A stretch of 20,632 nucleotides of DNA from Promethearchaeia archaeon (GTDB lineage: Archaea > Asgardarchaeota > Lokiarchaeia > Sigyniarchaeales > SOKP01), in NCBI GenBank assembly GCA_046483985.1, contig JAWOCD010000063.1:1-20632 (forward strand), written 5' to 3'. Each line of letters opens with the position of its first letter. Position 1 is the stretch's first letter. Of this stretch, positions 15,231 to 20,632 are shown piece by piece. The notes beneath the pieces are model-generated. The model was not told the origin of the DNA and did not search any database. It worked only from the letters and a program-made list of their open reading frames with translations. The position numbers and the translations under genes are program-made.

Positions 15231-15742
15231 AATATATCCTTAAAATAATCCTAGCGGGGGATGGAGGGGTAGGAAAGACCACTCTAATCCGGCGATATAT
15301 AGAAGATAGATTTGATTCCTCCACAAAGATGACGATCGGCGTTGAGTTTTTCTTGAAGGAGTTGGAAGTGAATGGCGATTCCGTTGCGCTGCAAATCTGG
15401 GACTTTGCTGGTCAGCCAAGGTTCCGGTTTTTGCTTGATTCTTACGTGATGGGGGCTAAGGGAGTAATTCTCATGTTTGACCTCACTAGAATGCAGACTT
15501 TGGAAAATCTTGATAAATGGCTCGACTTGGTTCAGGCCGAAAATAAGGATATTCCTATTTTATTTGTCGGTACTAAGTGGGATTTAAAAGATCAAATCCA
15601 AGTACAAGACGACTACGCAAGGCAGATACAAGAAGGATATGGAATGATTGATTATCTTAAAGTATCCTCCAAAACTGGAGAAAATGTTGACAAGGTATTC
15701 GAGGTTATTGCCAAGCATATAGTTCAAAAGCAGAAAATCTAA
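15221..15742 (+). CDS. Ras-superfamily small GTPase, Rab-like
   Basis: G1 GDGGVGKTT, switch I/G2 KMTIGVEF (Rab TIGvdF), G3 WDFAGQPRF (Rab WDTAGQERF), G4 GTKWD, G5 SSKTG. About 173 aa with no C-terminal prenylation Cys. The ATG at 15221 is preferred to the TTG at 15212. Confidence 0.85.
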   Translation: MSKKYILKIILAGDGGVGKTTLIRRYIEDRFDSSTKMTIGVEFFLKELEVNGDSVALQIWDFAGQPRFRFLLDSYVMGAKGVILMFDLTRMQTLENLDKWLDLVQAENKDIPILFVGTKWDLKDQIQVQDDYARQIQEGYGMIDYLKVSSKTGENVDKVFEVIAKHIVQKQKI

Positions 15743-15902
15743 TTTCTTACGAATTTTATAGAGTTCCTCATTTTAGCGCTATTATAATCGAAATTTGTCC
15801 GTCCTTTAATCCTCTTTTAGGCATGCATATCTTGAACTGTTAATTTTTTATGTGTTTTAGTCTTTAATATAATATAAAAATCGATTTGAGTTGATAAAAG
15901 AA

Positions 15903-16187
15903 ATGAAAAAGAAAAAACCAACCGAAGAGGAATTGGACAAATTAGGTGTGGAATCGTGGGGCACGTGGGAAAAAGAAGTTAGCGAATTTCCGTGGAGTTA
16001 TTCTGAAACGGAAACGTGTTATGTGTTGGAAGGAGAAGTGGAGGTAGAATCGGAAGACGGTGAAACACTTGAGTTCGAAAAGGGCGATTTAGTCCAATTT
16101 CCAAAAGGGTTAAAATGTACGTGGAAAGTGAAGAAGCCAATCCGGAAACATTACACTATGGGCGATCTGGATATCGAGGATATTTAA
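15903..16187 (+). CDS. Small cupin protein (cupin_3 / DUF861, EutQ-like type)
   Basis: ..LGVESWGTWEKEVSEFPWSYSETETCYVLEGEVEVESEDGETLEFEKGDLVQFPKGLKCTWKVKKPIRKHY matches the DUF861 pattern (W..We...s.F.W.Y...E.cy.leG.v.v....G......GD.v.fP.G....W.v....rKhY). The ATG at 15903 is preferred to the TTG at 15891. Confidence 0.75.
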   Translation: MKKKKPTEEELDKLGVESWGTWEKEVSEFPWSYSETETCYVLEGEVEVESEDGETLEFEKGDLVQFPKGLKCTWKVKKPIRKHYTMGDLDIEDI

Positions 16188-16200
16188 TCGAGGATATCTA
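16173..16200 (+). repeat. 14-nt tandem duplication ATCGAGGATATYTA x2 across the cupin stop codon
   Basis: 16173-16186 and 16187-16200 match at 13 of 14 positions. The stop TAA at 16185-16187 bridges the junction. Confidence 0.6.
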
Positions 16201-16296
16201 ACTTGTCTTTCACCACTTTTTTTTACTGTGTAAATTGATATAATAGGTTTATAAATGAGGATAAAAATATGTATAATATAATTTAAAAAATTATAT

Positions 16297-17025
16297 TTGA
16301 AGGTCGAAAGAAAAGTGAATAAAAAATATATTTCTACAATTTTATTGAGTTGCTTATTTTTAACGGCTATTGTGGGTACGGCTGTGAGCGCTGAAGATAG
16401 ACCTGATTGGGCAATCGATCCTAAAGAAGATTATGATAGATTAGATGATTCTGCTCTCCATGATGAGTATATATCTTCTGATTATACCAGTTATACTGAT
16501 CTTACAGATAACGTAGATGCATGGTTTCAAGTCTGGGTTTCGCCCGCTGATTGCAATGATTCTACTCCTGATTGTAATGCGGTTATTGGGATCGCGTATA
16601 TAAATATATCCGAAGAAATTGGTCAAGATACTATTGATAACCTCAGAACTCTTTTTGATGGGATGGGAGAAGTTAATGATATCACCGATGATGTTCCCTA
16701 CGCAAGTTTAGCAGTCATTGTAGAATCTGTTACGGATTTTAGTACCAGTGTAGCGGGATTTTGTGTTTATGAGTCCGGAAAGCATATCACCAGTTATGTT
16801 ATAACTTCCACTAACGCGAGTAGTAGTGCAAGCTCTGCCACCTCGGGTGAGATTAGTTTAGCCGCGGAGGATGAAGCAACTGCTATGGAAAATCTTATGA
16901 TTGCCTCTGGGGAAGCTGCCCAATCTGCATTAGGGATGATTCCTGGATATGATGTATTCATAACTCTGGGTCTTGCTAGCGTAGTTACAGCAATACTCAT
17001 CTATAAGAAAAAGAAAAAAGTATAG
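16297..17025 (+). CDS. Secreted acidic protein: N-terminal signal/anchor, Ser-rich linker, PGF-CTERM-like (PGY) C-terminal sorting/anchor signal
   Basis: The N-terminus KKYISTILLSCLFLTAIVGTAVSAED is signal-peptide-like. The body is D/E/S/T-rich, with TNASSSASSATSGE. The C-terminus is IPGYDVFITLGLASVVTAILIYKKKKKV: a Pro-Gly-aromatic motif, one TM and a basic tail, as in archaeosortase substrates. TTG start at 16297, with GTG at 16315 as an alternative. Confidence 0.6.
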   Translation: MKVERKVNKKYISTILLSCLFLTAIVGTAVSAEDRPDWAIDPKEDYDRLDDSALHDEYISSDYTSYTDLTDNVDAWFQVWVSPADCNDSTPDCNAVIGIAYINISEEIGQDTIDNLRTLFDGMGEVNDITDDVPYASLAVIVESVTDFSTSVAGFCVYESGKHITSYVITSTNASSSASSATSGEISLAAEDEATAMENLMIASGEAAQSALGMIPGYDVFITLGLASVVTAILIYKKKKKV

Positions 17026-17079
17026 GAAGTCCTCGTTAAAAATTAATTATTCTATTTTTTTATTTTTTAGTCTGCTCTT

Positions 17080-17571
17080 TTATAAACGATCAGATTTCTT
17101 CAAGGTCTGTTTTATTGCCTTTACTTCCGCCCTTGTTCTTAGATCAAAGGGCTTCAATTCTTTCAGCATTTCTTTTTCGTTTTTCCCCTCTTCATATAAT
17201 TCCAGAAACTTTTCTATTGTAGTGCCGTGATAGAAGATATAGCGTTTATTGAGAAAAACTATGACATAGTCCTTATTTTCGAGATTTTGCGATAGTTCAT
17301 ACATTTTCTGGCGGACTTCTCTTATCGGTCGCTCTAACTCTTGGGCGATGGTATCATCCTCGATCATATAATATTTCTTCATAAAACGGGTTAACTTGGT
17401 AGAGAATAAGATCTCTGGGACATAGGAAAGGAGTATGAGGACGATGGCGATGACGGTCAGCCAAATGGCCGCCTCTTGGTTATAAACAAACACCACCACG
17501 ATAATAACAAGAAGAAAGATAAACCATTTCCGTCCAATAGATTTTAAAAATACCGTAATTTTACGAGGCAT
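17080..17571 (-). CDS. Hypothetical membrane protein (2 N-terminal TM + soluble helical domain)
   Basis: WFIFLLVIIVVVFVY and IWLTVIAIVLILLSYV are TM segments. A charged C-terminal domain follows (..IAQELERPIREVRQKMYELSQ..). I recognise no family. Confidence 0.5.
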   Translation of the reverse strand: MPRKITVFLKSIGRKWFIFLLVIIVVVFVYNQEAAIWLTVIAIVLILLSYVPEILFSTKLTRFMKKYYMIEDDTIAQELERPIREVRQKMYELSQNLENKDYVIVFLNKRYIFYHGTTIEKFLELYEEGKNEKEMLKELKPFDLRTRAEVKAIKQTLKKSDRL

Positions 17572-17794
17572 GGTTATTCCATTTATTTATTTTTCTTAAT
17601 TCTTCCTTAATGATGATATTTCTGAGTAGAGTATAAATTGATATAAAATAATAACGTTAATTGACTATATAAATTTTTTAATCTTTCCTTTTAAGGTTTT
17701 TTACAAAAAGTTTAATTAATACATTTTATTATACTATTCACTTAGTAGGTAATAAACTTAAAATAAGAAAGATTATTACTCATGTATGTGGAAT

Positions 17795-17978
17795 TATAAC
17801 CACATAAATATAGCATTTCGCTACGCGCCGGACACATCCGAACCCGGCAGTTAAACAGATTGCTCGTTATGGCAAGTACTTCCGTTGTTAACGGCGGGAA
17901 ACCATAAACTGTGAGTTCGCTCACGGTCATAGGGCATTTGGATAATACCCGGACGCGCGTATGATTTATGTGGTTATA
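17795..17978 (+). rRNA. 5S rRNA gene (archaeal type) with ~58 extra nt between helix V and the 3' strand of helix I
   Basis: GC-rich island in AT-rich DNA. Helix I: 15 perfect bp, 17795-17809 / 17964-17978. Loop A: AUAGC. Helix II: AGCA 17812-15 / UGCU 17861-64. Helix III: GCCGG 17827-31 / CCGGC 17844-48, enclosing loop C ACACAUCCGAAC (universal CCGAAC), then CAGUUAAAC. Helix V: AUGG 17869-72 / CCAU 17902-05. Loop E: AGUA 17875-78 opposite GAA 17898-900. Helix IV hairpin: CCGUU-GUU-AACGG 17882-94. Spacing from the 5' end to CCGAAC is canonical (about 43 nt). Ends are good to about +/-5 nt. Confidence 0.85.
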
Positions 17979-18073
17979 TCTTGATTTCCCTTATTCTGTT
18001 TCGTTTCTTAATATCTTTTTAAGAAGAGCATCGTTCTATTTAATTATAAAATGAAAAGCTGACGAAAAAAAAG

Positions 18074-18631
18074 ATGGTCCTATTCCAACTTATCTTTCAA
18101 AATGATTCGCTCATCCAATATCTCATAAACGGGGCGATTGTGGTCTCCGGCCGAAGTCTGGACATACTCAGTACCCGGTACGTGACCAGAGATCTAAAAC
18201 TTGAAACGAATAAATTGGCGCAGAAGGTAGGATGGAAAGGGATGGTCCTCATTCAAATTCCGCTTCTCATTTTGGGGGCGCTGGATTTTTATTTTGCCTT
18301 TTTCATTTTCATATGGTCGTTATTCCTAACTGCAAATAACATTCAGGGAAGCTGGTACGTAAAACATGTGGGAGAGGAGGAATATCACAAAGAATTGGAG
18401 GAGAGCGTGAAGCGCTCCAGCAACTTAAAAATTATAATCGGAGAAATCTCTTATTTACTTTCCTTTACCTGTTCGGGGATCTTAATTCTGGTATTTTTAG
18501 TAGTGTATCGCGATTATGTGGCTATTTTTTTCATTGCCTTGGCTCTCATCTTTCAAGGAATTTTGGCCACACTTCGTTCGGTGAGTTATTTAATTGAGTT
18601 AAGAAAAGAAGAAGAAAGCAAAGACGATTAA
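18074..18631 (+). CDS. Hypothetical polytopic membrane protein (possibly DUF5658-like N-terminal region)
   Basis: Four to five hydrophobic segments. SLDILSTRYVTRDLKLETNKLA loosely resembles the LD..(S/T)T......E.NP motif of DUF5658 proteins. The C-terminus is acidic. Confidence 0.5.
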   Translation: MVLFQLIFQNDSLIQYLINGAIVVSGRSLDILSTRYVTRDLKLETNKLAQKVGWKGMVLIQIPLLILGALDFYFAFFIFIWSLFLTANNIQGSWYVKHVGEEEYHKELEESVKRSSNLKIIIGEISYLLSFTCSGILILVFLVVYRDYVAIFFIALALIFQGILATLRSVSYLIELRKEEESKDD

Positions 18632-18644
18632 ATAAGTTATTGAC

Positions 18645-20632
18645 TTATTTTTTATAGACTCTCTCATTTTCCATGCTTATATTTACCTTCTTATGGGAAA
18701 ATAATTCTGGACTGGGCGGTTCGTTATAGGCAACGCTCTTGAGGTATTTCTCCTTTTGCCTCCTATTGACCACGATTGATCCGCCGACAACACTAATGGA
18801 GATTATAACGAAACCCAGTAAAATGTAGTTTGTCAAGGGGGTTTCAATGAAGATAGTAAGGTCGCTGCGATAATATATTCCGTGATTATTGGCATAGTCC
18901 CTCGAAACAAATAGATATTTATAACTGCCTGGATCCAGTTTATGCGCTTTGCAATGGAACGCATCTTCAGACTCCATAGACTTATTGGAAAATGGAAATA
19001 CGTGATAATCCTTGAAATTATTCTTAGAAATTAAGGTAAAGACGCTTTCCACGCCTGATTCATTATCATGGGAATTAACATCAAAGCAGAGATTTTCCGA
19101 CACTGTGGCTTCTCTATCCCCATCCGTATACCCGCTTAATGTAGGTAAATAGGTATCGGGAGCGGTAGTGAAATTAAAATAGGACGGAACCGTGTTATGT
19201 CCGGTGATGGTCGCATTAAAGGTGGTATTTGCTTCTGGGGGGAGGCGAAAACTAACTTCCCCATCGTCATCCGCATAGACTGTTCGATAGGCTCCATCTT
19301 GGTTGGTGAGATGTACTCGTGCATAAGGCACTTTCTGGTCGTTGTTATTTTTAACGTCCAGAGAAACTATTTGCCCTTCGTAGAGAGGAGATGTGAAGGG
19401 ATCTGAGATGTTCTGCGGTTGCCTGGTATAGATATCCACTTCGGGATCCCCGAGTAGGTTATAGGTTAGAAGATTCTTTCGCTCCCACCCTGCGTTAATT
19501 GCCTCATTTTGTAAATAATCATAATTGGAGTCCTTATAATAATTTTGGAAATAATCGGATACCATATAATCCACCTTTGAGTCATAAAGCGCTTTTCCTT
19601 GCTGATATTTTCCTTCTTCGAAAAAGGCCTTCCAGAATAATTTTGCGTTTCCTCTATTGAGCATTTCCAGATTCGTATCGTCCGTAAAATACCAGGTCAC
19701 CCGTAGACCACCGATGTAACCAATTGCGCCTGCATTTTCTCGTTTTATTAACGTTTCGCCGAGATTTGCATCGTTTGGAATTTCATCAGTTAAATCATAT
19801 GGGGCAGTACTACAGGCATCTCCATAAAAAAGTGAGGGCATTCCATAATTATTACTATTTTTTGCGTCATCGAGTATATATTTTGAATCAGCTAACGACT
19901 TTAAATTCTCTCCATCCCCATGTCCCGCAAAAATTACTGTTGAATAACCATTATCAAATTTTTCATCGAATATATCAAGGTTCTCTGTTCCAGAAGTATT
20001 ATCTGGCTCAAAATCTTCCGTAGTTTCATATAGATGGGTAAAATTCATTTCTGATAGGACATAATTCTGCCAGATGTACTGGGTAAGACGGGCTTCATCT
20101 TCATATATGTCATTTTGCTCATCATCATCAGAAATCCCACCCCCCAACAACATTCTATTCATCCATTCACCCGCACGACTCATATTAGTTTCATAGTTTA
20201 TTGTTTTATTTACCATTATCTCCAATTCCCTTGACGTGCTTGCAGGAAATCTGCCGACATACACCTCGGGAGTCCATTCGATTTCCTCCTCCTCGGCATA
20301 CAGTACTGACTCCCCGTAAACTCCATTACTATTATTGTCCCATGTACCGTTTAAATCTGCATAATAAAAATCTGTTGGCTTTAACTCGGAATCTCCATAG
20401 GTCTCTGATGTACCGTCAACTTGTGTGGTGTCTGGATTATAGACGTATCGTATCGGAATCAAACTATCTTCTGCATCCCCCGCGAGTAACACCCATTCGA
20501 TATCCTCCGTTTCATAGTAATCTTTAATCATATTCCGAATTTTTTCGGCTTTATCTTCCCCGGAATATTTGGAAAAATCATCATTATCTAAAATCTTAGT
20601 CTTAACGCCTTTCTCATTTTTCCACTCCTTTA
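18645..20632 (-). CDS. Peptidase C25 (gingipain-like, clan CD) surface protein, 5'-partial: Ig/CarboxypepD_reg-like domains, C-terminal TM anchor, cytoplasmic tail
   Basis: The frame is open to the window end (..KEWKNEKGVKTKILDNDDFSKYSGEDKAEKIRNMIKDYY..), so the track's ATG at 20531 is internal. C25 hallmarks: VLLAGDAEDSLIPIRY, DFYYADL, VGRFPAS, catalytic-His context VIFAGHGDG and catalytic-Cys context FYGDACSTA. A beta-sandwich block follows (VSLDVKNNNDQKVPYARVHLTNQDGAYRTVYADDDGEVSF). There are many N-x-S/T sequons. The TM is ILLGFVIISISVVGGSIVV, then RRQKEK. Confidence 0.8.
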   Translation of the reverse strand, partial: KEWKNEKGVKTKILDNDDFSKYSGEDKAEKIRNMIKDYYETEDIEWVLLAGDAEDSLIPIRYVYNPDTTQVDGTSETYGDSELKPTDFYYADLNGTWDNNSNGVYGESVLYAEEEEIEWTPEVYVGRFPASTSRELEIMVNKTINYETNMSRAGEWMNRMLLGGGISDDDEQNDIYEDEARLTQYIWQNYVLSEMNFTHLYETTEDFEPDNTSGTENLDIFDEKFDNGYSTVIFAGHGDGENLKSLADSKYILDDAKNSNNYGMPSLFYGDACSTAPYDLTDEIPNDANLGETLIKRENAGAIGYIGGLRVTWYFTDDTNLEMLNRGNAKLFWKAFFEEGKYQQGKALYDSKVDYMVSDYFQNYYKDSNYDYLQNEAINAGWERKNLLTYNLLGDPEVDIYTRQPQNISDPFTSPLYEGQIVSLDVKNNNDQKVPYARVHLTNQDGAYRTVYADDDGEVSFRLPPEANTTFNATITGHNTVPSYFNFTTAPDTYLPTLSGYTDGDREATVSENLCFDVNSHDNESGVESVFTLISKNNFKDYHVFPFSNKSMESEDAFHCKAHKLDPGSYKYLFVSRDYANNHGIYYRSDLTIFIETPLTNYILLGFVIISISVVGGSIVVNRRQKEKYLKSVAYNEPPSPELFSHKKVNISMENERVYKK

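Noticed and set aside
16441-17000. Minus-strand ORFs 16441..16626 and 16794..17000
   Set aside because: They are antisense to the secreted PGY-anchored protein gene and have no motifs.
17742-17930. Minus-strand 62-aa ORF
   Set aside because: It lies antisense across the 5S rRNA gene. Its openness is a by-product of the GC-rich RNA sequence.
17890-17935. Possible fluoride (crcB-type) or other riboswitch upstream of the membrane protein gene at 18074 (GGCGGGAAACCAUAAACUG + hairpin)
   Set aside because: The resemblance to the fluoride riboswitch core is superficial: there is no GGCGAUG/CUGAUGA pseudoknot partners. The segment is fully explained as 5S helix IV/V plus the insertion hairpin.
17795-17978. 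MITE interpretation (15-bp perfect terminal inverted repeats TATAACCACATAAAT / ATTTATGTGGTTATA flanking a ~150-bp core)
   Set aside because: The inverted repeats are exactly where 5S helix I should be, and the core aligns motif-for-motif with 5S rRNA. No target-site duplication flanks the element (..ggaat | tcttg..).
19136-20527. ORFs 19136..19324 (-), 19197..19406 (+), 19724..20023 (+), 20201..20527 (+)
   Set aside because: They sit inside the C25 peptidase gene, out of frame or antisense, and their products are His/Arg/Leu/Tyr-rich nonsense.

Overview
AT-rich, densely coded window that looks archaeal. Evidence: an archaeal-type 5S rRNA, an Fcf1-like PIN protein, an archaeal-type VapB antitoxin, a PGF-CTERM-like sorting tail, many N-glycosylation sequons and Shine-Dalgarno-led starts. 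A Rab-like small GTPase suggests an Asgard-type lineage, but that is inference only. Layout, left to right: (1) An accessory patch at about 585-3914. Two VapBC-type toxin-antitoxin pairs bracket a frameshifted ParB-HTH-DUF488 fusion gene and a decayed methylenetetrahydrofolate reductase remnant. (2) A 1088-aa CheB-CheR-PAS-histidine kinase fusion. (3) A divergent HxlR regulator facing an operon: an unlisted 49-aa Cys/His-rich ORF, an ABC ATPase, an ABC-2 permease and a cupin ORF with no clear start. (4) An SLC13/TrkA-C permease and an MgtC/DUF4010 membrane protein, with a ghost copy of the permease 5' end upstream of the MgtC-like gene. (5) An Fcf1-like PIN gene divergent from the Rab-like GTPase, then a cupin_3 protein and an acidic secreted protein with a PGY-type C-terminal anchor. 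(6) A stand-alone 5S rRNA gene, not visible in the ORF track, of about 184 nt because about 58 extra nt sit between helix V and the 3' strand of helix I. (7) A multi-TM protein and a 5'-partial, membrane-anchored C25 (gingipain-like) peptidase. The oversized 5S rRNA, the broken ParB-DUF488 fusion and the Cys-rich micro-ORF coupled to the ABC exporter are the items most worth follow-up. All family assignments come from reading motifs by eye. No searches were run.
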